Positions 46,718 to 59,447 of a DNA stretch of 64,000 nucleotides are shown piece after piece (the first letter of the stretch is position 1; every line of letters begins with the position of its first letter). The notes under the pieces are model-generated. The model worked only from the letters and a program-made list of their open reading frames with translations. It did no database searches and was not told where the DNA came from. Source of the DNA: Fonticula alba ATCC 38817 (Eukaryota > Protista > Nucleariida); the NCBI GenBank assembly GCA_000388065.2, contig KB932206.1; one strand, given 5' to 3'. The translations under genes were made by a program, and so were the position numbers.

Positions 46718-48857
46718 GCTCTCCCCGTGGACGTCCGCAGTCCTCAGCGCACAGACCATCCTCAAGTCCGACCACTTCTCCGGCTGCCATCGCCTCCCCC
46801 CCTCGATGCCGCGCATCGACGGCGTGCCGAACTTCCGCAAGGTCGTCGTCACCGGGCGCCTCGGCGGCAGCACCGCCTTCCACCTGCAGGCCACCGATGT
46901 CACGGGCACCGGGATGCCCACCCGGGAGGCCATCGGTCGAACCCTGGAGCAGCTGCTCCTCGGGCCGGACGGCACCGCGACCACCCCCTCCGAGCGGGTG
47001 TCCCTCATTTGGACCAACATGCGCGAGGAGCCGGTGGTTTATGTCCGCGGGCAGCCCTTTGCCCTGCGCACGCACGACCGCCTGACGGCCAATGTCCTGA
47101 CGGCCGGCATGTCGACCGAGCGTGTTGAGGTACCTCTCCCTGCTTCTTCCCCGGGCATGTTGCCCGCCTCTGCCGTGAACCCCGCACACTGTTGCTGACC
47201 ATGCCCCGCTCGCGGATCGCCGCAATTGGCTCAACCCTCCGCGTCCTTGCCTCCCTCAAAGCGCATGGAGGAGTGCATGAAGCTGGATATCCTGCGCGAG
47301 CTGGAGTCCAATGCCGAGAACAATTCCAGCGAGCGCGGTGGCTCGCTGCTGCTCATCCACGACGAAGACCCCGGCACCATGCAGACCATTGCCCGGTGGG
47401 AGCTGGGCGTTCGTGCCGAGGACATCCGCACCACGAGCGAGGTGTTTGATGAAGCCTTCCGGGACTTTGCGGCCCAGTATCCGAATGTGGTGAAGGTGGA
47501 CTTCCTCCGACTCCCTGTGTGCGTGGGCCATGTTGGTTTGCCTGCCCCGGGGGCCAGGCGCTGCCATGCTGCCCCTCGGTCTTTTTTTTTTCTTCTTTTT
47601 CCCGCCCACTCACTCCTGCATCGCCCAATGTGCGCACCCCGCGCCTCCGTCTCCCTCTCGCTCCCTCTCCCCTTCGCCGCCCGAAAACCCAGCACCGATG
47701 AGCAGGCGCCGATGCCGCACGTATTTGACATGCTCTTCGAGCGTGTCATCTCCCAGCAGCTGGATAGCCTGGAGTTGGGCACCCATCGCGATGAATTCAT
47801 CTTCAACTGCCAGATGGGCCGCGGCCGGACCACCACGGCCATGATCATCGCGGCCCTGACTCGCGGGTTCCTCCTGCGCTCGGCGTCCGTTGCTGGTGCC
47901 CTGCTGGCCGGGCAGGACCCGCAATCGGCCCGGGCCGAGGCGACCCCCTTCCCGGACGCCTCGACGGTCCCGCTGTCCATGGGCCCCGGACTCGGGCTGG
48001 AGGCCTCGGAGTCGGATCTGCTCAGCTCCACCGAGTCACGCCTGGACTCGATGGTCATCTCGCAGGCCGAGCGCGACCGGCGCTTCCAGGCCGGCGAGTA
48101 CCTTGTGGTCATGGACCTGGTCCGGCTGCTGTATGGCGGCAAGACGGCCAAGCGCCTCACCGACCAGGCCATCGACTCCTTCTCTCATGTGCAAAATCTG
48201 CGCACCGTGCGTCTCCCTCCTGGCTGGGTCCTCTCCCGGGCGCCGGGGCCCAGGGGGGGCGGGGGGGGGGGGGGGGGGGGGGTTCATGTGTCCGATGCTC
48301 CTCTTTTGCATTTTTTTTTTGGCATGCTCCCTTGTCGCTAACCTGGCGGCCACTCACCTCCTCCGTCGGGCTTCTCTTTTTTTTTCTCGCCTCCCCCGCT
48401 TGGTCCTGCCTCCCTGCCGCGGGCCTTCTCCTCCCTTCGCCCTTTCTCCGCGCGCACCCGATGCCAGGCTATCCACCGACTCATTGAGGGCTACGAGCGT
48501 CTCAAGAGCAGCCCCGGCGCCGGGCACAAGCGCGCCGAGATCCACGAGGCCGAGCATGTCACCGTCAACTACCTTCACCGGTACTTCCTGCTCATCACCT
48601 TCAACTCGTACCTGCTGGAGCGCGAGCGCGACACCCTGAAGACCCTGACCTCGGAGGAGGGGGCGGCCCTGCTGGAGGCCGAGACCGACCGCACTCCCAC
48701 CGGCCCGACCCTGGCACGCATCCTCCGTCGCGCGCATGCCCACTCCAACCGGAACTTCACCTCCTTCGACGTGTGGTACAACCAGCGCCCGGAGCTGCAG
48801 GCCGTCTTCCGTGACAAGGACAAGGACAACGATGCGGCCGATCTCTTCCGCATTTGA
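40470..48857 (+). CDS. PALD1: Paladin-like phosphatase with three tandem PTP-like (phytase-type) domains
   Basis: Many exons. Three copies each of ILKxDxF (40625, 43280, 46757), WxxxR[EQ]EPxVY[IV]xGxP[FY]xxR (41100, 44115, 47010) and F[SN]CQxGxxR (41975, 45330, 47808), plus GAPLFR/GVPNFR and RY[FL]xLIxF. Stop TGA at 48855-48857. Confidence 0.92.
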
Positions 48858-49056
48858 GCGCCCGTCGGCTTGGCTCTCCTGTCCCTCGCCCCGCGCGGCG
48901 CCCCCTGGCGGGCTCCCGTCTGCCGGCCCCGGCCTGCCAGCACGGGGACACTCTCCCAGATGTCTGTCTGCCGGCAAGCTCGCTGGACACCCGCGCACGG
49001 ACACCCGCGCACCATGCTGGCATTTGCCTCCCTCCCTCCCTCCCTCTCTCTCTCTC

Positions 49057-49173
<117 letters not shown>

Positions 49174-49325
49174 CCTTGCCCCCTTTTTGTGCCGTCCCCT
49201 CGCCCACAAAAGACGATCGCCCCCGCCGGGCGCCCTTGCGGACGCGGCCCGAAATACAACACATGCGCATCATTGGGTGGGATCTTTGGGTGGCATTCGG
49301 CCGCCTGCCTTCGACTCGGGCCATT

Positions 49326-52085
49326 CTATGTGAGGGTATTCAGCTGGCGGGAAAGCATCAGGCAGTAGGCCACAAGACTGGGCGGACGCGCCGGGCCCCG
49401 GGCCAGGCCGGCAATCTGATCGACCAGTGCCTCGACCTGCCGGCGGCGGATGGTCGGCCCGATGTACCGGGCCAGGCGGCCGACCACCGACGCCGGCAGG
49501 GCCAGGTCCGCTGCCGGGCTGCCAGCCGGCCCGGGGGCCGCCTTCACCTCGAGCATGATGTCGGCGCAGGTGCCGTCCACGCACACAAAGCGCAGGGTCA
49601 GGCGCGAGGTGTGCCCCGGGCTGTCAGGCCCGGCGATCGGGTGGTCCTCCGCCGACAGCAGGTGAAAGTACCGCGACAGGAGGCGGACTTGGGCCGGGAC
49701 CGAGCGGGCCATGGCGCGCCGGTGGCGAGCCCGCGCCGCCGCCACCCGGGCCTCGGCCTGGCGAGTGGCCTCGGCCACCCGACCACGCAGGGCCCGCGCC
49801 CCGGCCAGGCGACCCCGCGTCAGGGCCACATCCTCGCGCGCGGCCACCAAATACTCGCGCGCATCCGACACCAGGGCCTGCAGCGACCGGGCGCGCATGC
49901 CGAGCCAGGCCTTGCGTGCGGCGATGCGCACCGTGTGCTTCCAGCGCTTCAGATGCGCGCGCAGAGCCGTCGACCGGAGGGCCTGCTCGCTGGTCTCCAA
50001 ACTGCCGGGCCCGGGGGCCCCGGCCGCCGCCGGGGAGGTGAAGGTTTCCAGGAAGGCCGGCCGCTGGGACTCGATCAGCTCCGTGAGGGCCGCGCACTCG
50101 GACCGAAGTGCGGCAATCGTGGCGGCCAGCTCCTCCCCGAGGCGGCTGAGCGCGTCGGTTTCGCACGTGGCGGCCAGCACCTCGGCCGGGTCGTCGAGCA
50201 GCTCGACCGGCGTGAGCCGGGCTGCTCGCGGAGCAGAGGGCCGGGGGCCCGCAGGCCGGGAGTCCAAAGGAAGGTCAGGGGGAGGGCCAGCGAGAGAGAG
50301 AGAGAGAGGAAAGAGAGAGGGAGGGAGCAAAGGGGGGCAGCAGCTGGCCAGACGGGCTGGCAAGGATGGCACAAAGGGCCAGGGGGATGGCTCGCACCGG
50401 TGTGGACAATGCCAAGGTTCTCACGGCGGGGGTCTGTCCCGGCTCCCAGGCCGCCCATCTCGGCCGAGGCATGCGTGGCGCCGTCCATGAAGGCGATGTT
50501 GGCTGTGTGAAGGAATTCGGCCAGCGTGGTGGCCGGGGCCGGAGCGGGGCTGGCCGAGGCACCGGCCGTGGGCTCGGCACCGGCGGGGGCCCGGCCATTG
50601 GACGGGTCGGCGGGCTCGACGGCCTCGACCGGCTCGACCGGCTCAACTCGTTCAGCTGGCTCGAGGGAGCCGGTGAGCTCGGCGATTTCCGCGAGCCCCG
50701 GCGATGTGAGCGACTCGCCGGCCGAGAGCATGCTCGTGGCCCGGGTGCTGAGGCCTGGCGACTTGACCGGCGACCGAAGGGACACCGGCAGCGAGGGCCG
50801 CTCGCCCGGGGCGGTGCTCAGCCGCCGTGACAAGGTGGCCGGAGGCTCGGAGAACCGGCTGGCCCCGGCCCCGGTGGAATTGGCCAACGATAGAAGGGAC
50901 ACACTGCCGGACCCGGGTCCGGTGCCGACGCCGAAGGAGCTCGGCCCGGCCGAGGCAGAGGGCATCCCCCCGAGCGAGGGGATCCCCAGGCTCAAGCGCG
51001 TCAGCGACATGGACGAGGTGCCGGCCTTGCTGGCCACCCCGAGTGACGGCCGGCTGGACGCCGAAGCCAATGGCGCCGGGGGCAGGGGGAACCTTGGCGG
51101 CGGCGGCGGCGGCGGCGGCTCGGCTGCCTCAGGCTCGGACCCGGGGGCCGATCGGGGGGCCACCGCCGCCGGATGATGAAAGGTGTCGTCGGTTGCTGGC
51201 GGAACCACCACCGTCAGGGAGTGATCCTCGCCCAGGGGGGCTGGCCGGTGCAGGGACTGCCGGCGTGCAGCCATCGATGCGGCCAGGGTACCGGGCCCGG
51301 CCCCGGGCAGGGCAGTCGGCCCGTCGGCCATGGCATCCGCCGCCGGGTCCAGGCCGCCGGAGCTCAACCGGCGGAGACTTTGCCCCGGTGCGAAGCCCTG
51401 GCCACTGGCACCGAGTGCCGCCGGTGCTGGCGGACGGACCGACCCGGACAGGGATGCCGAGGATGACGACCGGGCCAAAGACGCACGAGCAGGGTGCTGC
51501 TCGGATGCCATGTCGTCCACCGGCCGGGCGGAGGCAGGCCCGCCCGGGGGCAGCTGCGAAATGCCGAAGCTCGCGGCAAGGCGCGGCGGCGCGCTCACGC
51601 CCGAGCTGGACTGCGATGCCCCGAGGCCGGACATCGAGGCACCGAGCGCGGCCCGGCTGGAAGATGCGCCGAGCGGGTGGGCAATGGATCCACGCGGCCG
51701 GGGGGCGCTGGCCGCCGGCGGGNNNNNNNNNNCCCTGGCCACTGGCACCGAGTGCCGCCGGTGCTGGCGGACGGACCGACCCGGACAGGGATGCCGAGGA
51801 TGACGACCGGGCCAAAGACGCACGAGCAGGGTGCTGCTCGGATGCCATGTCGTCCACCGGCCGGGCGGAGGCAGGCCCGCCCGGGGGCAGCTGCGAAATG
51901 CCGAAGCTCGCGGCAAGGCGCGGCGGCGCGCTCACGCCCGAGCTGGACTGCGATGCCCCGAGGCCGGACATCGAGGCACCGAGCGCGGCCCGGCTGGAAG
52001 ATGCGCCGAGCGGGTGGGCAATGGATCCACGCGGCCGGGGGGCGCTGGCCGCCGGCGGGACCGCCGCCACCGCCGCTGCCGCCAT

Positions 52086-52121
<36 letters not shown>

Positions 52122-54002
52122 TGGTAGGGTGTCAAGTTCGGACAGGGTCAGCGGGCTGGTGGCCCGGGGGATGCCAACCGAGCTGGCCAGGCCCAGCGAC
52201 AGTCGAGTTGGGACCGCGGGATCAAGGCCCAGCCCGGCCGGGTCATCGCTGACACGGGCCTGGCCGGCAGTGCCATGGCCACCGCTGCTGCTGCCGGTGC
52301 TGCCGCCTGGCCGGAAGGACCCGCCCAGAGTATGCCGCCGCCCGGTTAGCTCATCCAGGTGGGCCGACAGCCGGGAGGCAGACGAGCTGGCCGATGGGTC
52401 GGCTGCCGGGCGCGGCGCCGGGGGGCGGCCAGCGGCCCCGGGGGTGGGGATGCCGGCGCTGCTTCCTGGCCGGAAGGAGCCGGCCAAGGTGTGCCGACGT
52501 GCGGGGTCCTCGGTCGAAGGGGCACGCGTGGCTGCGCCCGCGGGCGGGATGCTCGGCGCCAGGGCCGACGGGTCACCAATACTGGGCAGCGATTGGGCAA
52601 AGCTGGCCGAGGGCTCGGGAATGGCGAAGAGATCTTCGCTGTGCTGCGTGGCAAACGGGTCGACCGGGTGGGCGCCGCCGCGCTGAGCCGACGGCGAGTC
52701 ATGCTCGATCGGCACACGGCCCGCCGCCAGGGAGGACTCGGTGGCTGTGCCCTGCCGGCCGAGGGGCGAGCGCTGGAGCTCGCGTCGTGGCCGGAAGGGC
52801 GATGGCGGAGCATGCCGGATGGAGTCGCCTGAGGAGGGGGCGAGGGGGCGAGGGGGGGAGGGGGGGGGGCGGAGGCCAACACAGCATGGGAGAGGCGAGG
52901 GAGCCGAGTCAATAGCCGGGAAGGGGCAGACACGGAGGGACACAGGGCCACCGGCGCAGCAGCCAGCAGACCGACCGGCCGCGAAGGAAGGGCCACACGG
53001 GACAGCCACAAAGGACGCACCAAGCTGAGACGAGGCAAGGGGCTGGTGGGTGCCATCCAGCCCCATGGAGGCCTGCGAAAAGAGGGACATCTCCCCATCG
53101 GACACATTGGGCGCCGGCTCGGCAATCAGGTCGCTCACCGTGCCGGACAGATTGTCCATGCTGAAGCCGACAGGCTGTTGGTGGGGCTCTTGCCCGGCGG
53201 GTGGCGGCAGGGGGGCAGAGGCGGCACCCAGGCCCGGGGCCGAATCGGCCGGCGCCTGGGCCACGCCGGCATCCATGTCCAAAAGCAACTGCTCGGACCC
53301 GGGGGCGCCGGCAAACGATGTGCCGAGCGACTGGCTGCCGGGCCGTGGCAGCACGTCGGCCAGCGATCGAAGCGACTGCCGGAGGGAGTTCAGCTGCGGG
53401 GACACCGGCTCGGTGGTGGCGGCCCCGGCCGCCGGGGCCCGGGCCAACGGGACGCCAGTGGACTGGCTCCCGCGCGCAGGCGAAAGCGGACCCACGGGGC
53501 TTCCCGTGGTGCCCTCATGCCCCGAGTCCAGGTCCCCGCCGAAGGATGACCCGGAAAAGGACATACGCTCGAAGGAGGGCGAGCCGACCACCGCGCGCAG
53601 AGCCCCTCCGGTGGCGGCAGGGACCCCGGCTTCGGACAGGCGCCCGGCCAGGCTGGCGGCCCCGAAGCCCGGGGCCTGGCGGTAGGCCGGGGACGGGGAA
53701 AAGCTGTGCAGCCCATGGCCGAACATGGCCCCGGCCAGCGGGCTGAAGGCGGCCCCAGGGGCGTTCAGATCGCCCGAGCTCCCCGGCACAATGGACAGCC
53801 GCCCGGCCGCGGCCGAGCCGCCCACCGGCTGAGGGAAGGGATCCAGTGGATCCCCAAGACCGGAGAGTGACAGATCTTGCGGCAGCAGGGACAGGCGCTT
53901 GTTGGCCGGCAGGGAAGGGTCCTCCTCGTGCGGGGCCAGGGACCCTGATCGGGGGCGCTTTGGCGTGGCCTCGCCAGCGGCCGGGGGGCGCGCTTGGGGC
54001 AT
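49326..54002 (-). CDS. KNL1: Kinetochore scaffold Spc105/Spc7/KNL1 homologue; start uncertain because of the gap at 54029-54412
   Basis: A long Ser/Pro/Gly-rich disordered N-terminus precedes Spc7-domain signatures TTLAEFLHTANIAFMD and LKRWKHTVRIAARKAWLGMRARSLQALVSDAREYLVAAREDVALT, then a coiled coil and an RWD-like C-terminus. One intron at about 50225-50397. The frame is broken by an artefactual duplication at the 51723 gap. Confidence 0.8.
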
Positions 54003-54997
54003 CCTGGCACGGGGGAAGGGGGGGGGGGNNNNNNNNNNNNNNNNNNNNNNNNNNNNNNNNNNNNNNNNNNNNNNNNNNNNNNNNNNNNNNNNNNNNNNNN
54101 NNNNNNNNNNNNNNNNNNNNNNNNNNNNNNNNNNNNNNNNNNNNNNNNNNNNNNNNNNNNNNNNNNNNNNNNNNNNNNNNNNNNNNNNNNNNNNNNNNNN
54201 NNNNNNNNNNNNNNNNNNNNNNNNNNNNNNNNNNNNNNNNNNNNNNNNNNNNNNNNNNNNNNNNNNNNNNNNNNNNNNNNNNNNNNNNNNNNNNNNNNNN
54301 NNNNNNNNNNNNNNNNNNNNNNNNNNNNNNNNNNNNNNNNNNNNNNNNNNNNNNNNNNNNNNNNNNNNNNNNNNNNNNNNNNNNNNNNNNNNNNNNNNNN
54401 NNNNNNNNNNNNGTGTGTGTGTGTGTGTGTGTGTGTGTGTGCCTCTCCGGGGTCGTGCGAACACAAGGCCCCCAGGGACGCTGCGAGGGCATGTGTGGTG
54501 GCGGGGGATTTTGAATGATCGGCCTGACTGCCGACGGATGCATGTTGTAACGGCGAGGCGCTTTCGGGCAATAGCCCCCCTTCTGGTGGTGGAGCATATG
54601 CGCCAGATTGGTGTTACACATCAAGAAGTGAGGCATCCGAGCGGGACGGACTTGGGCGCCTCTCTCGGTGTTGCCCTCTGCTCGCCCCGCCATTCGCTCC
54701 GTCACATTCAAAGCCACGCTGTCACTCGCCCCCCCCCCCCTGGATAGCCCCGCCCTGCCGACCCCCGGCATTGGGATAGAGCCAAGACCGTGCAGCACTG
54801 GCAGATCCTTGAGTGTGTTGCATTGTCGTCCGGTGTCGAAGGGCCCATCTGCTCGACAGGCTGCACATGAGGCTCGGAGAAGGAGGGCAAGAGGGACAGA
54901 AGGAGAAGAGAGAGAGAGAGAGAGAAAGAGGGGAGAGCACACGGCCATGGCCGTCCGAGAAGAGGGCCCACAGAGGAGGACGGGGAATGCCATGCAT

Positions 54998-56608
54998 TTA
55001 TCTGAAATACCGCCGACTGCGGAGCGGCCCAGGAGGCTGCTGGCGCTGCAGGAACCCATCCATCTGCAGGCGCCTGAGGGCCTCCATGATGTGTCGTGGC
55101 CGAAGTGGCCGCTGTGGAGGGGCGGCTGTGGTCCCCTCGCCGCCGGGTGAGCCAGCGGCCGAGGCATTTGCCGCGGCTTCGGCTCGCTCCCAGTCCTCAC
55201 GCACCTCGACGGCTGGGGGGCCACAGCCAGGCCATGCGAGAGGGGAGGACGAAGGAGCGGATAGAGAGAGAGAGAGACCCGCGTGAGCAACGGAGCGCGA
55301 GGCGAGGGGAGGAGCAAGGCAGGCCAGGCCACCCGGCCACGTACCCTTCTCGACGATGTCACCGACATACACCTTGGCCACGGCCGACATGACGAGCACA
55401 ATTTGATCGTTGAGCTGGCGTTGGTCCGAAAACAGCGACAGCATGAGCTGCGAGGCCGGCCCGCGCGCCGCGAAGGGAACAAAGAGCGAAGAGAGTTAGC
55501 GGCATTCCGCGCGGCCAGCCGGCCGCCGGCCGCCGGGCGAAGGAGAGGCTTGCGGACGAAGGGGCGCAATGCGGGTGTCCACACGCACACGGCGCATGGA
55601 GGGGATGCTGAAGCGCGACGCGCGGAAGAGCGTATACCGAGCGCGCTGCTCGCGGTCCATCAAACTCTCCAGCAGGTGGAAGAATTGCCTCCGGGAGATC
55701 TCCTCCTTCTGGGTGAGGGACCGCCGGCCGAGTTTGCCGCGGGAAGAGGACCGACCCTCGGACTCGGAATCCGAGTTGGAATCTGACCCGGACCCGGAAT
55801 CCGAGTCGGACCCGGACCCGGAGTCGGAATCCATGCCGGCCCGCCGCCGCCGGGGCTTCTTCCGCCCGGCCGGCGAGGGAGCCGATGCGGGGCCGCCCTC
55901 GGTGGCCAGGCGCTTCGCTGGTGGCAGGTTGGCATCCGGCGCGCGCGGGCGTTTCCCGTCACCGGGCCCGGAGGCGGCCCCGCCAGATCGGAAGAGCACA
56001 CGTGACCCGGAATCCGAGTCGGACCCGGACCCGGAGTCGGAATCCATGCCGGCCCGCCGCCGCCGGGGCTTCTTCCGCCCGGCCGGCGAGGGAGCCGATG
56101 CGGGGCCGCCCTCGGTGGCCAGGCGCTTCGCTGGTGGCAGGTTGGCATCCGGCGCGCGCGGGCGTTTCCCGTCACCGGGCCCGGAGGCGGCCCCGCCGGC
56201 AACCTCATCCGGGGACTTGTCGGTTGCCCCCCGGCGCTGCTCGTCATCTCCGTCATCCTCGTCGTCCTCGTCGTCCTCGTCCTCGTCGTCATCATCCTCA
56301 TCCTCGTCGTCGTCGTCGTCCTCATCCTCGTCCTCGTCCTCGTCCTCGTCTTCATCGTCCTCGTCATCGGAAGCGCCGGCCGGGCCGCGCGCGGAGGATT
56401 GTGGTGCCGAGGACACCGGCCCGGAGTCCGAGTCGCTTCCACTCCCGCCGGCCTCGCTGGCCGACGAATCGCCGCCGCTGTCGGAGAAGGGGTCGTCCGC
56501 TCCGCCGGCCGTTGTGGCTGTGGAGGCGGTGTCGGATTCGGAACTCGAGGTGAAGAAACCACCGTCCGGCCCAGAATGGGCCTCGTCCGAGGGAGGAGGC
56601 GGCGGCAT
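54998..56608 (-). CDS. TAF11: TFIID subunit TAF11 (TAFII28) with an acidic N-terminal extension
   Basis: Histone-fold motifs DREQRARYTLFRASRF...SMRRLML...IVLVMSAVAKVYVGDIVEKA...PLRPRHIMEALRRL across three exons. D/E tract at about 56247-56368. Contains a spurious adapter-linked insertion (see findings). Confidence 0.93.
55985..56003 (+). other. Illumina TruSeq adapter contamination
   Basis: Exact AGATCGGAAGAGCACACGT, sitting between two identical 194-bp copies (55791-55984 and 56004-56197). It translates as RVLFRS on the coding strand. Confidence 0.95.
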
Positions 56609-57215
56609 GGGAGGAACGAGGCGGGAGGCACCGAGAGGGAAAGGGCGAGAGGTAGAGAGAGGGAGAGGGAGAAGATAGAAGAGAGCAGGGGGGGGCAGGT
56701 GTGGGGGCGACGCGAAAGGGGCCAAGNNNNNNNNNNGGGAGGCACCGAGAGGGAAAGGGCGAGAGGTAGAGGGGGGGAGGGGGCGCGGGTGGCAGGGGGT
56801 CGGGCGGGGCAGGTGTGGGGGCGACGCGAAAGGGGCCAAGATGGTGTGCGTGCGTGTGTGTGTGTGTGCGAGGGTGGGCGGGTGTGGAAGTTCTCACTTG
56901 TGGGGAGAGAGTGTGTGTGTGTGTGTGCGTATGCGCCGCCCCCGGGGAGCGAAGATCGGCGCCCTTTGGGTCAATGTCCGATCGGGGTCACGTGGTCCGC
57001 CTGCGGACTCGGCCGGGCCCAGCCTCCAAGGGCGAGGAACAGATGCGAGAATGGGTGATTGGGGTGAGCAAGTTTCGGTGTGAGGATTTTGTTGTATTAT
57101 TGTTTTCGCCCTGCGCGACGCCGGCTCTATCGCAGACTGGCGCGGGTGAATGCGTGTGCGCGCGCTTGCACTCGAGAATGAGAGGGGGGGGGGGGCAGAA
57201 CAAGGGAGGGAAGGT

Positions 57216-57273
<58 letters not shown>

Positions 57274-57357
57274 GACACCGACCCTCGCGTCTTTGGCTGC
57301 TGGTGCTGCTGCTGCTGCCGCTGTCGCGAAGGGGACCAGACGCCAGCAGCACACCGG

Positions 57358-58918
57358 CTAGAGGTCGGCACTCTTCTCGTAGAAAAGGAGATACCCAGTT
57401 TGGGTGATGACACGCTCGTTGGGCTTCGACAGTGGCAGCCCAAAGTACCGGCCAAGATCGCGGTTGGGGACAATCTATCGGGGGGGGGGAGGGTCAGCGC
57501 GGGGCGAGGGCCGGGGAGTGAAGGGGCGGGCGGAAGGCGGCGAAGAGCAGGCGCACATGCATGACCTGGTCGTCGAAGACAGTCCAGCAGTCGTCCGATG
57601 TCCGGGTGATGGCAATATAGTGTCCCTGGGAAAGATCCGCGCCGATGTGCACCACCACCGACATGAGGGTGTATGTGTGGTCCTCGGCCTCGGGGGTCTG
57701 GCCATTGGCAAGCGGACGTATGGGGGTCGTCAGAAGGAGGGGGGGGGGGGGCGGGGAAAAAAACTCCGATCAAACATTGTCCAACCCACGCAAGGGGGAC
57801 ATGATGAAGGGCAAGCGCCAAAAGGAGCCCCATTGGCGGGGGTCAGGCGCAGCCGGCACCACGCACCAGTAGCTCGGCCAGGCGCAGCTGCGTCGGGAAG
57901 GGAATCCGGCTGTTGAGCTTGTCCCCGCCCACCAGGCGCCCCGGGCCATGGTATTGCTGGGCGAAGGCATCGGCGAAGGCGGTCCCGGAGCGGAAGCGCT
58001 TCAGGTGCAGCGTGAGGATGGGCGGCGGCTCGGCCACGCGAATCGACCGCTCGGCTTCCTGTGGCGCCCCGGCGCACAGGGCCGACGCGCAGCGGAACTT
58101 GTCCTGCCCGCGCAGGAGCTCGCACGTGGCGAAGCGCCGCAGGCAGAAGGACACCGACACATGCTGGGTGTTTAGCGCGGATGCCTGGTAGTTGGACCGC
58201 TGGACCGGCAGGTGCACCACTCCCGGGGGGGTGGCCGGCGGGTCGGCCCCGGGCCCGGGCCCGGCCCCGGCCCCGGGCGCGGAGGGCCGCGTGCTGGAGG
58301 CGGCATTGGCGGCGGCCGCGGCAGACGCGGCCGCCGCCGCGCTGGGCTGGGGCCTCTCGGCCACCAGGTTCAAGGACAGCTCGAAAAATTGCTCAGTCTT
58401 CTTGGTCACCCGCTCGCAGGACAGGCACCGGGTCTCGTAGACAAACATCCCGGCAAACAGGTGGTGGATCCAGGTGGAGGGGGCCGCCGAGGGGGGAGCT
58501 CGATGCGCAAACGCGCCGGGCCAGCCTCGCCTGTGGGGAAGGACAGCGTATAGTGGCCGGAGGCATCGGTCGCACTGCCGGCAGCAGACGCCAGCGAGCC
58601 GACCACCGGCGAGTGGGCCGCCGGCCGGGTCTCCTTTTCCAGGGTTTCGGCCATGGAGTTCAGCATGAAGGTAAAAAATTCGTGGGCATCCTGGTGCGCG
58701 CGGGAGTTGAAGGTTTCTGTGGCCCAGGCCAGGGGAGTGATGTTGGAGGTCAGCCGGAGCGGGGAAGAGACCGCGAACGCACGGGCACACCCTCACGCGC
58801 GGACACATGGACACACGCTGGCACGCGGGCGTATGAGGACACAGACACACACACACACACAGACACACAGACACACAGACACATGTGCACAGATACATGC
58901 ACACATGCACACACATAT

Positions 58919-58959
<41 letters not shown>

Positions 58960-59447
58960 CACACATGCACACATGCACACATGCACACATGCACACATGC
59001 ACACACACATGCACACACACATGCATGGCGCCTGGACGTACCATTCTCGGCTCGCAGAAAACTGATGAACTCCCGCGGGTCCACCACATTATCCGGCCCA
59101 TCACCGGCGGCCTGGATCTTGCGGAAGATGTCCGATAGGAGAAATAGCAGGGTCGACCCGGGGGACTTTTTGGCGAACAGGTATGACCGGCTTTGGCGCA
59201 TGGCATCGTTGTACTGCAGAAGGCGCGTCCGGAAGAGCGGGCACGCGTACAGCGCCTGGATCACGGAATTACAATAGCAAGTGTTGCCATGCTGGAAGGG
59301 GACATAGTCAGACGGGCCCCATCAATGTCGGTGCAGGGGGGGGGGGGTAGGGGAGGAGACGCGCACATTCAGCAAACCGGCGAAATTGACTTTGGTCGGC
59401 TCTTCAGGGGCCTTTGGCCCGGAGAAGATTGTCAAGAACTTACTCAT
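57358..59447 (-). CDS. USP12/USP46: Ubiquitin-specific protease, USP12/USP46 (CreB/Ubp9-13) family
   Basis: Cys box GLLN|HGNTCYCNSVIQALY, HQDAHEFF, TWIHHLFAGMFVYETRCLSCE, DKFRC...QEAER...LTLHLKRF, His box YTLMSVVVHIGADLSQGHYIAI, WTVFDD and GYLLFY. The catalytic Cys, His and Asp are intact. The two paralogues cannot be distinguished from motifs. Confidence 0.9.

Noticed and set aside
51396-52059. Exact 327-bp direct repeat (51396-51722 and 51733-52059) inside KNL1, apparently breaking the frame
   Set aside because: The identical copies abut a 10-N gap, which is the signature of an unmerged contig overlap. Removing one copy restores a single ORF, so this is neither a duplication nor a pseudogene.
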